Part shown: positions 43,853 through 56,520 of the stretch, piece by piece
How the letters are laid out: the number at the start of each line of letters is the position of its first letter
Numbering within the stretch: position 1 is the first letter of the stretch
NCBI GenBank assembly: GCA_017987895.1
Contig: JAGNSU010000002.1
Span: 74-64,073 of the forward strand
Direction of reading: 5' to 3'
DNA: 64,000 bases
Origin: Flavobacteriales bacterium
GTDB taxonomy: Bacteria; Bacteroidota; Bacteroidia; Flavobacteriales_F; PHOS-HE28
Made by a program: the position numbers and the translations under genes
Notes under the pieces: model-generated
Seen by the model: only the letters and a program-made list of their open reading frames with translations
What the model was told of the DNA's origin: nothing
Databases searched by the model: none

Positions 43853-45898
43853 ATGCCCTTCCAACTCATCTCCGAATTCCAACCCACGGGTGACCAACCA
43901 GAGGCCATTCGCCAGTTGGTCGAGGGGGTGCGCGCTGGCATGCCCTACCAAACGCTGCTGGGGGTGACCGGTTCTGGAAAGACCTTCACCGTGGCGAACA
44001 TGATCGCGCAACTGGACCGGCCCACGCTGATCCTGAGCCATAACAAGACCCTCGCCGCACAGCTCTATGGCGAGTTCAAGCACTTCTTCCCACACGACCG
44101 GGTCGAGTACTTCGTGAGCTACTACGACTATTATCAGCCGGAAGCCTATCTGCCGACCAGCAACACATACATCGAGAAGGACCTTTCCATCAATCAGGAG
44201 ATCGAGAAACTCCGACTGAGCACCACCAGCGCGCTCCTCAGCGGCAGGCGCAATGTGATCGTCGTGGCGAGCGTCAGTTGCATCTATGGCATCGGCAACC
44301 CCTCGGAGTTCCACAAGAGCGTGGTGAACTTGCACGTCGGCCAGAAGGTGAGCCGGAACAAGTTGCTGCTCCAACTAGTGGAAGCCCTGTACAGCCGTCG
44401 TGACATCGAACCCACGCGGGGCAACTTCCGGGTGCGCGGCGATGCCGTCGATGTGTTCCTCGCCTATGCGGATGAAGGACTGCGCATCCATTTCTGGGGG
44501 GACGAGATCGAACGGCTTGAACGCTTCGACCTGCAAGCCAATCGGGCGATCGAGGCAGTGGCCAGCGCCACGGTATACCCGGCGAACATCTTTGTGACCA
44601 GCCGCGAGACGATGAACATGGCCCTGGACGCCATACGTGCGGACAGCGCCAAGCAGGTGGAGTTCTTCCACACCATCGGCAAGCACTTGGAAGCGAAACG
44701 TCTCGAGGAACGCACGCTGTACGACCTCGAGATGATGAAGGAACTCGGCTACTGTAGCGGGATCGAGAACTACAGCCGCTATTTTGACCAACGCCAACCG
44801 GGGCAGCGCCCGTTCTGCCTGATGGATTACTTCCCCGAGGACTTCCTGATGGTGATCGACGAGAGCCATGCGACCCTTCCTCAGGTATCGGCCATGTTCG
44901 GTGGGGACCGCAGCAGAAAGAAGAACTTGGTGGAATACGGCTTCCGCCTGCCCAGTGCGATGGACAATCGCCCCCTGAAATTCGAGGAGTTCGAGGCTTT
45001 GGCCGGCCAGACCATCTATGTGAGCGCCACGCCCGCGGACCATGAGCTGCAACGCAGTGAGGGCATCGTGGTGGAGCAGGTGGTGCGCCCGACCGGTCTG
45101 CTGGACCCGCCGATCGAGGTACGTCCGAGCCGTGATCAGATCGACGACCTGCTGCACGAAGTGCGCCTGCGCGAGCAACGCGACGAACGTGTGTTGGTGA
45201 CCACCTTGACCAAACGGATGGCCGAAGAGCTCAGCGCTTTCCTTGCCAAGAACGGCGTGAAATGCAAGTACATCCACAGCGAAGTGGAAACCCTCGACCG
45301 GATCGAGATCCTGCGCCAACTCCGGCTCGGGCTCTTCGATGTGTTGGTAGGCGTTAACCTGCTCCGCGAAGGATTGGACCTGCCCGAAGTGAGCTTGGTG
45401 GCCGTGATCGATGCCGATAAAGAGGGTTTCCTCCGGAGCGATCGCTCTTTGACCCAGACCGCGGGCCGTGCCGCCCGCAACGTGAACGGGTTGGTGATCT
45501 TCTACGCCGATAAGATCACTGACAGCATGCGCCGGACCATGGAGGAAACGGATCGGCGGCGCGTTAAACAGATGGCATACAACACGGAACATGGCATCAC
45601 ACCGACGCAGATCAAACGCGACCGCCAGGACGTGATGCGGCAGACGAGCGTGCTGGAGGATAGTGACCGGCCCACCCCCAGAGCCTATCTGGAACCGGAG
45701 ACTTTGAGCCTCGCCGCCGACCCCGTGATGAAGTATATGACCGCCGATCAGTTGGAGAACAACTGCAAGGTGTTGGAGACCGAGATGCGCCGTGCGTCCA
45801 AGGAACAGGACTTCATCTCCGCAGCCCAGTTGCGGGACGAACTCTTCGCCATGCGCAAGTTGCTCGAGGAACGCCAGAAGGCCTCCAACACCCCCTGA
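43853..45898 (+). CDS. uvrB: excinuclease ABC subunit B
   Basis: Start trimmed to MPFQLISEFQPTGDQPEAI. GVTGSGKT, DESH, and a C-terminal UVR motif (AAQLRDELFAMRK). Confidence 0.97.
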   Translation: MPFQLISEFQPTGDQPEAIRQLVEGVRAGMPYQTLLGVTGSGKTFTVANMIAQLDRPTLILSHNKTLAAQLYGEFKHFFPHDRVEYFVSYYDYYQPEAYLPTSNTYIEKDLSINQEIEKLRLSTTSALLSGRRNVIVVASVSCIYGIGNPSEFHKSVVNLHVGQKVSRNKLLLQLVEALYSRRDIEPTRGNFRVRGDAVDVFLAYADEGLRIHFWGDEIERLERFDLQANRAIEAVASATVYPANIFVTSRETMNMALDAIRADSAKQVEFFHTIGKHLEAKRLEERTLYDLEMMKELGYCSGIENYSRYFDQRQPGQRPFCLMDYFPEDFLMVIDESHATLPQVSAMFGGDRSRKKNLVEYGFRLPSAMDNRPLKFEEFEALAGQTIYVSATPADHELQRSEGIVVEQVVRPTGLLDPPIEVRPSRDQIDDLLHEVRLREQRDERVLVTTLTKRMAEELSAFLAKNGVKCKYIHSEVETLDRIEILRQLRLGLFDVLVGVNLLREGLDLPEVSLVAVIDADKEGFLRSDRSLTQTAGRAARNVNGLVIFYADKITDSMRRTMEETDRRRVKQMAYNTEHGITPTQIKRDRQDVMRQTSVLEDSDRPTPRAYLEPETLSLAADPVMKYMTADQLENNCKVLETEMRRASKEQDFISAAQLRDELFAMRKLLEERQKASNTP

Positions 45899-46017
45899 AA
45901 ACTTGCCCTTGCTGGCGTTCTTCGCCCAACTACATTTAACCCGTTGCGTACATCCGCCGTCCCTCCCCACCCAGGGATGGACGCAGGCCCCTGAACCCCA
46001 ACCCGAAGCTTTTACCA

Positions 46018-47595
46018 ATGAACGTATTGTACTCCGCACTGTCCGTCGCGACCGTCATCACGGCGCTCTCCCCCGCCTTCGCACAGCTCGATCCCGCCGG
46101 TGAACCCCTCGGTTACACCCGCATTGATCATGGCTTGCCCGCCGCCCCTGTACGCGTCATGCCGCCGGTGGATGTGCCTACCCTAATGGCCGAGGACGAG
46201 GCCCGTATCGCGACGGGGATCAAGGGCCCATGGCGTTTCGGCTTTGACCATGCCACGGACATGAGCATGGAGAACAGTGGTGTGTGGAGCGTCCTTGCGA
46301 ACGGGGATCGGGTGTGGCAACTCGGCATTGAATGCCCCGGTGCCTACAGCATCAACTTTGAGTTCCATACCTACCAGGTGCCGGAGGGCGCCAAGGTTTT
46401 CGCCTACAATACCATGGGTGAGCACTACGGCCCCTATACATCCGCTACGAACGGCGGCCGTCCTTCGATGGGTGTGGGCCAACTGGCCGGTGATCGGATC
46501 ACCATCGAGTACTATGAGCCTGCGGCACTCGCCGGCATGGGCGCGCTGCGGATCGGTCAAGTGACACACGCCTACCGCGATGTGCTGGGGTTGACCAAGG
46601 GTTTGAACGATAGCGGACCATGCAACAACAACGTGATCTGCCCGGAGGGAGACAACTGGCGCGACCAGATCCGTTCAGTGGCGATGATCACCGCAGGTGG
46701 TGGGCTCTGCACTGGCCAACTCATCAACAACTGCGCTCAGGACAGCACGCCATATTTCCTTACCGCGAACCATTGCGTGGGTGGCGGCAGCGTGAACAAC
46801 TGGGTGTTCCGTTTCCGTTGGGAAAGCCCGACCTGCTCGCCGACATCCAACACACCGGGTCTGGCCAAGAACATCAACGGGTCCACCCTGCTGGTGAACA
46901 ACGCGGGCTCGGATATGGCCTTGCTCGAACTGAACTCGCGTCCGCCGAGCAGTTGGGCGGCGTTCTACTCCGGCTGGGACAAGAGCGCGACCGCGGCCTC
47001 CAGCGTCACATGTATCCACCACCCTGCCGGCGACATCAAGAAGATCTCCTTCGAGGAGCAACCGGTTACCAGCGGCACTTTCAGCGGGGCCAGTTGCTGG
47101 AAAGTGGCCGCCTGGGACGACGGGACCACGGAAGGCGGATCCTCTGGCAGCGGGTTGTGGAACCAGAACGGTTTGCTGGTAGGTCAGCTGTTCGGGGGCC
47201 AAGCCAGTTGCGATTTCAATTTCAATGATTACTTCGGCAAGTTCAGCGTGAGCTATCCATTGCTCGAGCCTTGGCTGGGCTCATGTGGGAATACCCTTGG
47301 CGGAATGAACCCGGCCGCAGGTATCGCAGAGCGTACGAGTTCATCAAGCGGCTTCCAGATCGTTCCGAACCCGACCACTGGCCAGTTCACGATCTCATGG
47401 ACCGGTGGTAATTCGGCTTCCGCGGAGGTCACCGTGTTGGACCCTGTAGGTCGCGCGGTGCTGTCGTCGCGCAATGCAGGGGGGGGCGTTGAACGTCTAG
47501 GGCTCGATCTCGGCGACCACGCGGACGGGCTCTACTTGGTCGAACTGCGACAAGGAGAGCAACGCTCGGTGCAGCGGCTCGTACTGCAGCGCTGA
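46018..47595 (+). CDS. secreted trypsin-fold serine endopeptidase with a T9SS type-A CTD
   Basis: Catalytic triad contexts LTANHCVGG, DMALLEL and GGSSGSGLW. CTD FQIVPNPTTGQFTI...GLYLVEL...RLVLQR. Confidence 0.8.
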   Translation: MNVLYSALSVATVITALSPAFAQLDPAGEPLGYTRIDHGLPAAPVRVMPPVDVPTLMAEDEARIATGIKGPWRFGFDHATDMSMENSGVWSVLANGDRVWQLGIECPGAYSINFEFHTYQVPEGAKVFAYNTMGEHYGPYTSATNGGRPSMGVGQLAGDRITIEYYEPAALAGMGALRIGQVTHAYRDVLGLTKGLNDSGPCNNNVICPEGDNWRDQIRSVAMITAGGGLCTGQLINNCAQDSTPYFLTANHCVGGGSVNNWVFRFRWESPTCSPTSNTPGLAKNINGSTLLVNNAGSDMALLELNSRPPSSWAAFYSGWDKSATAASSVTCIHHPAGDIKKISFEEQPVTSGTFSGASCWKVAAWDDGTTEGGSSGSGLWNQNGLLVGQLFGGQASCDFNFNDYFGKFSVSYPLLEPWLGSCGNTLGGMNPAAGIAERTSSSSGFQIVPNPTTGQFTISWTGGNSASAEVTVLDPVGRAVLSSRNAGGGVERLGLDLGDHADGLYLVELRQGEQRSVQRLVLQR

Positions 47596-47685
47596 CCATG
47601 TGCCCCGGGTGTTGCCCGGATGATGGTTAAACTTGGACGTCCGGCGACGGATCCGTCCATGTCTTCCCCTAGCCCACCGGCAACG

Positions 47686-48357
47686 ATGCCCCCCGAGTGC
47701 CGCATCGCTTTGGTGGACGACCACGCGGTGCTGCGCACGGCGCTGGCGAACATGGTGAACACGAGCGTGCCAGGGTATCGGGTGGTGGTCGAAGCGGGCC
47801 ATGGTAGAGAGTTCATCGATGTGCTCGAGCGCGGGACCAAAGTGGATATGGTGGTGCTGGACCTTGAGATGCCGGTGATGAACGGCTATGACACCCTCGC
47901 ATGGATCACCAAGCATCGACCGGACCTTCGGGTACTGGTGCTGAGTTTTGACGCAACGCCTAGTTCGTACGATCGCAGTATGCGGGCCGGTGCCCATGGC
48001 TTCCTCTTGAAGAACATGGAGCACACCGAGTTCAAGACGGCCCTGGACGCTATCCGGGACAAGGGAATATACCGCAGCGAACGAGCGAGGGAGGAATTAC
48101 AGGGTATCCCCGCTCCGGACGACCTGGATCGCGAACGCGCCGCGCTGTTGAAGAAGCTCACCAAACGCGAACGTGAGTTCCTGGAACTGATCAGCGGCCC
48201 GGGTGAGTTGACCTATAAGCAGGTCGCCGAGCATATGGGCCTCTCCCCCCATACCGTGGAGGAATACCGTAAGAACCTCTTCACGAAATTCGCGGTACAA
48301 AGCAAAACCGGCCTGGTGCAACTCGCGATCCGGTGGCGGCTGGGGGAGAAAGAATAG
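47686..48357 (+). CDS. NarL/FixJ-type response regulator (receiver plus LuxR HTH)
   Basis: IALVDDH..., VVLDLEMPVMNG, LTKREREFLELI...TYKQVAEHMGLSPHTVEEYRKNL. The start could be as early as 47620. Confidence 0.85.
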   Translation: MPPECRIALVDDHAVLRTALANMVNTSVPGYRVVVEAGHGREFIDVLERGTKVDMVVLDLEMPVMNGYDTLAWITKHRPDLRVLVLSFDATPSSYDRSMRAGAHGFLLKNMEHTEFKTALDAIRDKGIYRSERAREELQGIPAPDDLDRERAALLKKLTKREREFLELISGPGELTYKQVAEHMGLSPHTVEEYRKNLFTKFAVQSKTGLVQLAIRWRLGEKE

Positions 48358-48405
48358 CTGGATCGGATCCCCTGCGGAACGCGTTCATTACCGCACATGG
48401 AAAGA

Positions 48406-48428
48406 AGAAGGGCCGCTGACCGGCCCTT
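48406..48428. terminator. Bidirectional terminator hairpin between convergent genes
   Basis: gaagggccg-ctgac-cggcccttc. Confidence 0.5.
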
Positions 48429-48501
48429 CCTATTGATCCATACCGCCGCAGTTCAGCCCCCCCACCCTCGTTATTGGTGGCGGCCATCGCCGCATACACG
48501 T

Positions 48502-50784
<2,283 letters not shown>

Positions 50785-50862
50785 CTATCCGCGAGGGCCG
50801 GTGCGCCTTTCAAAAGTGGTAAAGGGAGGCCGAAGCTATTCTGACGTTCATCATCGACCAAA

Positions 50863-50885
50863 TTGATAATTTCGATGGTTCCATA
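50863..50885. promoter_or_regulatory. Candidate OxyR/LysR-type operator in the katG-oxyR divergent region
   Basis: Inverted repeat atcga-n13-tcgat, followed by atagagctat, in the 141-bp intergenic region. Confidence 0.35.
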
Positions 50886-50895
50886 GAGCTATCCA

Positions 50896-51828
50896 ATGAC
50901 CTTGCAGCAGCTCCAATACGTGGTAGCGTTGGATGACCACCGCCATTTCGTGCGCGCGGCGGCGGCCTGCTTCGTCACCCAACCGACCTTGACCATGCAA
51001 GTGCGCAAGCTCGAAGAGGAATTGCAGGTATCCCTGTTCGACCGGCGCTTGCAGCCGGTGCGGCCCACGGTCATTGGAACACGCATCATCGCACAGGCCC
51101 GCGTCGTGTTACGCGAAGCCGCCCAGCTGAACGCTCTGGTCGGCGAACTCCACAGTGGCATCAGCGGCCTCTACCGTGTAGGCGTTATTCCGACACTTGC
51201 GCCTTACCTCGTACCGCTGTTCCTTCCTGGGTTCGCCAAGGCGCACCCCGATGTGAAGCTGGTGATCGATGAGCGCAAGACGAGCCGGATCATCAAGGGA
51301 TTGCGACGCGGCGAGATCGATCTGGGTATTCTCGTCACACCGGTGGACGTACCGGATATCGAAGAGATCGCGCTGTTCCAGGAACCTTTCCTGGCCTATC
51401 TGCCTGAAGGGCACCCCTTGCGGAAACGCCGCCGTGTGCGGCGATCCGATCTGCGCGAGCAGGCGCTTTGGGTACTGAGCGAAGGCCATTGCTTCCGGGA
51501 GCAGACCTTGAGCCTATGCGATCGGCCGAGCGCAGGCGGACATGACAATGTGCTTTACGAGAGCGGCAGCATCGAAACCTTGAAGCAACTCGTGCGCCGC
51601 GGCAGTGGGATGACACTGGTGCCGGAGCTGAGCGCGACCCCGGACGATCCGCATGTGCGCCGTTTCAATACCCCCGAGCCGGTGCGCGAGGTGAGCTTGG
51701 TGATGCGAAGACCTTTCGTACGGCGCAAGTTGATCGACGCGTTCGCCACAGCGATCCACGCCTCCCTGCCCGAACACCTACGCAGTGGTTCCCTCCGCGC
51801 AGGCCGCGCACTGCCCATCGCGCGCTAA
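50896..51828 (+). CDS. oxyR: LysR-family hydrogen-peroxide-inducible regulator
   Basis: LysR HTH at the N-terminus. Redox Cys pair context SEGHCFREQTLSLC. Divergent from katG. Confidence 0.85.
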   Translation: MTLQQLQYVVALDDHRHFVRAAAACFVTQPTLTMQVRKLEEELQVSLFDRRLQPVRPTVIGTRIIAQARVVLREAAQLNALVGELHSGISGLYRVGVIPTLAPYLVPLFLPGFAKAHPDVKLVIDERKTSRIIKGLRRGEIDLGILVTPVDVPDIEEIALFQEPFLAYLPEGHPLRKRRRVRRSDLREQALWVLSEGHCFREQTLSLCDRPSAGGHDNVLYESGSIETLKQLVRRGSGMTLVPELSATPDDPHVRRFNTPEPVREVSLVMRRPFVRRKLIDAFATAIHASLPEHLRSGSLRAGRALPIAR

Positions 51829-51841
51829 AGCGCAGCATGCT

Positions 51842-54001
51842 CTATTCCTCCCCGACCACGTAAAGCTTCTCGTCGTCGGCACCGTTCAGCGCGATGGACG
51901 TTACCACGAGGGTCATGTCCATCGCCCCCTTCTGGATGATGAGGTGCGGGAATAGGAGCCCCTTCACCTCCCGGTAATCCTTGGTGTCGCTGGTAATGGT
52001 GAGGGTTCCTTGTTCGGTGGCCTTCATTTCCTCGCGGCGCAACTTCAAGCCGCGCTCCACGCTGTAGTACTCATGGAAGACGGTGCCCATATCGGTCATC
52101 ATGGTGAGTTTGTATGCGGGTGCGCCGTCCACCACATCGATGCCCGCAAGTGTCATACGGCCGAGCTTGGAATAGTTGAGTTCCGGGAACGGGGCAGCGC
52201 TGTTCTGTAGCTCTTCCAGCTCCATTTCGATGATCTCATGCTCCCCGTCCATTCCGCTCCGCTTCGCCCGGATGCCATCGCATGCCACGCGCTGTAAGAG
52301 CATTTCCCCACTTCGCATCTCCATGGCGTACTTGTTCGGTAGCGCGTTCCATTGGGTGATGGTCACCGGCATCCCCATCGTGGTGGTCCCCATCACCTGC
52401 TTCAAACTACGTACTCCTTGCGCGGCCTCGCGCCCCCCGATCGCTTTGAAGTAGGCCTCGAGCACGGTTTCCGCTGTCACTCCGGCAGGCACGGGTTGAA
52501 GCCGCTCCCGGTAGAGATCCCCGTTCTCGTCATACTGGACCAAGGTCCCCTCGAAGCTGAGAGGGACCAGTTTGTTGCCGAGCACATCCTTGTCACCCAC
52601 GACGAGAATGGTGGCGTTGTCCGGAAGAAGGAAGCGTTCCGCCGCGGCCAGCACGCCCGCCGCGCTTATCGTATCCAACCGCTTCAAGTAGGTGGTGTAG
52701 TGGTCTTCCGGCAACTGGTTCAAGTAGGTGTTCAGCGCGAACCGGGCCACGGTGCGTGGGTCTTCGAGCGACCGCGCGAAACTGCCGGCCATGAAGCTCT
52801 TGGCCAGCTCCAATTCATCCGCTTTCACTTTTCCGAGCCGCATGTTCTCCAACTCGAAGATCATTTCGGTGAGCGCACTGTCCGTTACCCCCGTCCGCAC
52901 GCTCGCGCCCGCATTGAAATTGCCGCAATAGCGATCGCTCTCCAAGGAACTGTACGCTCCATAGGTGTAACCCTTGTCCTCGCGGAGGTTCTGCATCAAG
53001 CGTGCGTTGAAGACCCCGCCCCCCAGAATGGTGTTCATCACCTGACCGGCCAATGCCATGGGGTCGTTGGGCTTCAGGTCCAACGGGAACTGTATGCGTA
53101 CCACGGACTGCGGTGCTCCGGGGCGGTCCACGATCACCACCCGGCGCACGCGGTACGCCCCGGGTGCCTTGGTGGGCCGAAGCACGGTGCCCAAGCCTTC
53201 CACCACTTCCTGGCCATCCCCGTTCTTCATCACCGAGAGAGGCGATCCTGTCCAACTCCCAAAGGCCTTCTCGGCCAGTTGTCGGGCCTCCTGCTCGGTA
53301 ATGTCACCGACGAACACGATGAAGCCCTTCGAGGGTTGGAAAAAACGCTGATAGTAAGCCCTTAGATGTTTGCTCTCGATGGCGTTCACGGACTTTTCCG
53401 TGGCCACCTCCCCATAGGGATAACCCTTGTTGAACGTAAGCACCCGACCCACCAGCTCGGCGATGGCGTCGGGGTCGTCCTTGCGGCCCTGGATGTTGCT
53501 CAACGTGCGTTTGCGCGCTTTCTCGAACTCGTCATCCGGGAACTTCGCATCGAGGGTCACGTCTTGCACAAGCCCGAAGAGGGTACTGAAGTTCTTCTTC
53601 AAGCAACTCGCATAGATACCGTCGCTCGCCCCCGAGAGGTCGGCCCCCAGTCGGTCGACCGCTTCATCGATCTCTTCCTTGGTCCTTTGGCCGGTGCCGG
53701 ACGTCAGCAGTTCGCCAACCATGTCGATATACCCGGCCTTGTCGCCTTGCATCACCGGTTCGATGTCGAACTTCACCTGGACACTAACCAATGGCTGCTT
53801 GTGGTTCTCGACCACAATGACGCGCATGCCGTTCGCGAGCAGGAAGGTCTCATGCGCCCCAATGTTCACGTCAGGTGCGGGTGAGGGCTTGGGCGGTTTG
53901 GTGCGATCGATCTGTGCGTTCATCAGGGCCGGAAAAAGGAAGGCGATCAGGAAGGCGATGGCGCCGAACCAGCGAGGTCCGAAGGAAGGTCGACGGTTCA
54001 T
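51842..54001 (-). CDS. M16-family peptidase-like protein lacking the HxxEH motif, with a ~250-aa C-terminal extension
   Basis: M16 fold pattern, but GYIDMVGELL occupies the place of HxxEH. An extra C-terminal beta-rich domain is present. The start overlaps the upstream M16 gene stop (ATGA). Confidence 0.8.
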   Translation of the reverse strand: MNRRPSFGPRWFGAIAFLIAFLFPALMNAQIDRTKPPKPSPAPDVNIGAHETFLLANGMRVIVVENHKQPLVSVQVKFDIEPVMQGDKAGYIDMVGELLTSGTGQRTKEEIDEAVDRLGADLSGASDGIYASCLKKNFSTLFGLVQDVTLDAKFPDDEFEKARKRTLSNIQGRKDDPDAIAELVGRVLTFNKGYPYGEVATEKSVNAIESKHLRAYYQRFFQPSKGFIVFVGDITEQEARQLAEKAFGSWTGSPLSVMKNGDGQEVVEGLGTVLRPTKAPGAYRVRRVVIVDRPGAPQSVVRIQFPLDLKPNDPMALAGQVMNTILGGGVFNARLMQNLREDKGYTYGAYSSLESDRYCGNFNAGASVRTGVTDSALTEMIFELENMRLGKVKADELELAKSFMAGSFARSLEDPRTVARFALNTYLNQLPEDHYTTYLKRLDTISAAGVLAAAERFLLPDNATILVVGDKDVLGNKLVPLSFEGTLVQYDENGDLYRERLQPVPAGVTAETVLEAYFKAIGGREAAQGVRSLKQVMGTTTMGMPVTITQWNALPNKYAMEMRSGEMLLQRVACDGIRAKRSGMDGEHEIIEMELEELQNSAAPFPELNYSKLGRMTLAGIDVVDGAPAYKLTMMTDMGTVFHEYYSVERGLKLRREEMKATEQGTLTITSDTKDYREVKGLLFPHLIIQKGAMDMTLVVTSIALNGADDEKLYVVGEE

Positions 54002-55320
54002 TTCGGTTGCGCGCTTTTCGGGAGATAGTGCAGCACTACACGGCTCTCGGGGTTGAAGTACTCCTTCGCGACGCGCTGCAGGTCGGCCGTTGTCACCGCG
54101 AGGTACCTGCCCAACTCCTTGTTGACCTGCGCCGCGTTCCCGAAGAAAGTGTACGCATTGGCCAGGTTGGACGCCACTCCGCTCATGCGGCTATTGTCGC
54201 GAATATTTTCGGATTCGATCTGCGCTTTCAGCTTCTCCAACTCGTCCTCGGGTACCATCACCTCGCGAACCTTGGCGAACTCCGCGTCCATGGCCGCCTC
54301 CAGGTCCATGGCGTCCACACCCATGTTCGCGACAGCGAAGGCGATGGCCAGTCCGGGGTGTTCGAAGGGAAGGCTGAAGGCACCGACATAAACCGCTTTC
54401 TGATCCCGGTCCTTGACCTGTTTGTTCAATCGTGAACTGTTGCCATTGCTTAGAAGACGGTTCAGCATGTCCACAGCGTAGAAGTCCTCGGTGCCATAGG
54501 CGGGGATGCGATACGCCTGGACCACGGCCGGAAGTTGGATCTGATCGTAGACCACATCGCGTTTCTCCCCCTTCAGCGGCGGTTCGTTCATCTCCGTGCG
54601 GGTGATGGCACCGCCCTTCGGGATGCCAGCGAAGTACTTCTCAACCTGCTTGCGGGTTTGAGCGGGGTCAAGATCCCCGGCTATGACAAGCACGGCGTTG
54701 TTCGGGACATAGTAGGTCTTGTAGAAGGCCACGTAGTCCTGCTCGCTCGCCGCGTTCAGGTCCTCCATGAAGCCGATGGTCGGCCACTTGTAGGGATGCA
54801 CTTCGTAGGCGCGATCGAGCACTTCGATGAGGATGCTGCCGTACGGCTGGTTCTCGTACCTCTGGCGGCGCTCCTCCTTCACGACCTCCCGCTGCGTCTC
54901 GATCCCCTTTTGGTCCACGCGCGCGTGCAACATGCGCTCGCTCTCCAGCCATAGGCCCAGTTCCAATTGATTGCTCGGCAGCACCTCGTAGTAGTAGGTG
55001 CGGTCACCGGTGGTGTTCGCATTGAGCACGCCTCCCGCTTTCTCCACGTATTTACTGAACTCTCCACGCGCGATGTTGTTGGATCCCTCGAAGAGCAGGT
55101 GCTCGAAAAAGTGCGCGAATCCGCGCCGGTCCGCGCGTTCGTCCTTGCTGCCCACATGGTACATCACGCTCACGGTAACGATCGGCGTCCCATGGTCCTC
55201 ATGCAGGATGACGTGCAAGCCGTTGTCTAGATCGAACTCGGTGTAAGCGATGGCGCGTTGCTGCGCGGGAGCGGCCACGGTGGTCATCATAACACAGAGG
55301 GTGGGTATCAAGGTTCTCAT
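53998..55320 (-). CDS. M16-family zinc peptidase (active-type subunit)
   Basis: HFFEHLLFEGS (HxxEH...E). Start trimmed to MRTLIPTLCVMM. Confidence 0.9.
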   Translation of the reverse strand: MRTLIPTLCVMMTTVAAPAQQRAIAYTEFDLDNGLHVILHEDHGTPIVTVSVMYHVGSKDERADRRGFAHFFEHLLFEGSNNIARGEFSKYVEKAGGVLNANTTGDRTYYYEVLPSNQLELGLWLESERMLHARVDQKGIETQREVVKEERRQRYENQPYGSILIEVLDRAYEVHPYKWPTIGFMEDLNAASEQDYVAFYKTYYVPNNAVLVIAGDLDPAQTRKQVEKYFAGIPKGGAITRTEMNEPPLKGEKRDVVYDQIQLPAVVQAYRIPAYGTEDFYAVDMLNRLLSNGNSSRLNKQVKDRDQKAVYVGAFSLPFEHPGLAIAFAVANMGVDAMDLEAAMDAEFAKVREVMVPEDELEKLKAQIESENIRDNSRMSGVASNLANAYTFFGNAAQVNKELGRYLAVTTADLQRVAKEYFNPESRVVLHYLPKSAQPK

Positions 55321-55401
55321 GCCAAGGCGGCTGGAAAGGAGCGCAAATCTAGCAGGTTCGCCCACCCCGCTGGAGCGCCACCGCCGCGGTAAATTTGTGC
55401 G

Positions 55402-56511
55402 ATGACCGCCATTTCCGGCATACCTCTCCGACTTCGGTGGCGGGCCTTGCGCTACGCGGTCTCATTCGTAGGGCCTGCACTGGGCTTCCTCAGCCTGAGC
55501 GGTGATGGCTGGGCGTGCTGGGCATTCCCGATCTATGCCTTCGGGTTCGTTCCGCTGCGCGAACTGCTCGCTGATCCGGATCATCGCAACCTCACCACCG
55601 CCGAAGAGGAGGTGATCGGCCGCGACCGGCTCTTCGATCTGCTGCTCTACCTCATGGTGCCCATCGTATGGGGGTTGCTCGCCTATTTCCTCTGGCGGAT
55701 CGCCCAACCCGGCCAGCCGTGGATGGATGTTCTGGGACGTATTCTCAGCATGGGTATCGTACTGGGGGTCTATGGGATCAACGTGGGGCACGAGCTAGGG
55801 CATCGTTCCAAAGGCTGGGAGCGCGATCTGGCGCGTGTGCTACTGACCTCGTCGCTATATGCCCATTTCATCATCGAGCACAACCGTGGCCACCATCGGC
55901 GTGTGGCCACCATCGAGGATCCCGCCTCCGCGCGTTTCGGCGAACCGATCTACGCTTTCTGGCCGCGCACGATCGTGGACGGTTTTCGCTCGGCCTGGCG
56001 ACTGGAAGGTGAGCGGCTGGCACGGGAGGGGCGCACGACCTGGGACCCTCGCAACGAAATGCTCCGCGGGTGCCTTGTGGAGATGGCTTTGGTGCTCGGG
56101 TTCGGTTCCTTTTTCGGCGGGTGGGTGGTGATGGCCTATCTCGCGGCGGCACTGATCGGTATCCTGCTGCTTGAAACGGTGAACTACATCGAACACTATG
56201 GTCTGGGTCGCGTTCTGGATCCAAAAGGTCGGCCTGTACGGGTAGCGCATGTACACTCCTGGAACAGCGACCATCCGCTCGGTCGTCTCATGTTGTTCGA
56301 ACTCACCCGGCACAGCGATCATCATTACAGGGCGAGCAGGAAATACCAGACGCTTCGATCGATCCCCGATAGCCCGCAAATGCCCACCGGCTACCCGGGC
56401 ATGATGCTCTTCTCCCTTCTGCCCCCGTTGTGGTTCCGGGTGATGCATCCACGTATTGATGCGTTGGTGGCCTCACATGGAGGGCTTGTGAAGATCGCGG
56501 AGGGTGCTTGA
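55402..56511 (+). CDS. alkane 1-monooxygenase (AlkB) / membrane fatty-acid desaturase family
   Basis: His boxes HELGHR, EHNRGHH and HSDHH, plus TM helices. Confidence 0.8.
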   Translation: MTAISGIPLRLRWRALRYAVSFVGPALGFLSLSGDGWACWAFPIYAFGFVPLRELLADPDHRNLTTAEEEVIGRDRLFDLLLYLMVPIVWGLLAYFLWRIAQPGQPWMDVLGRILSMGIVLGVYGINVGHELGHRSKGWERDLARVLLTSSLYAHFIIEHNRGHHRRVATIEDPASARFGEPIYAFWPRTIVDGFRSAWRLEGERLAREGRTTWDPRNEMLRGCLVEMALVLGFGSFFGGWVVMAYLAAALIGILLLETVNYIEHYGLGRVLDPKGRPVRVAHVHSWNSDHPLGRLMLFELTRHSDHHYRASRKYQTLRSIPDSPQMPTGYPGMMLFSLLPPLWFRVMHPRIDALVASHGGLVKIAEGA

Positions 56512-56520
56512 AGCCACTAA

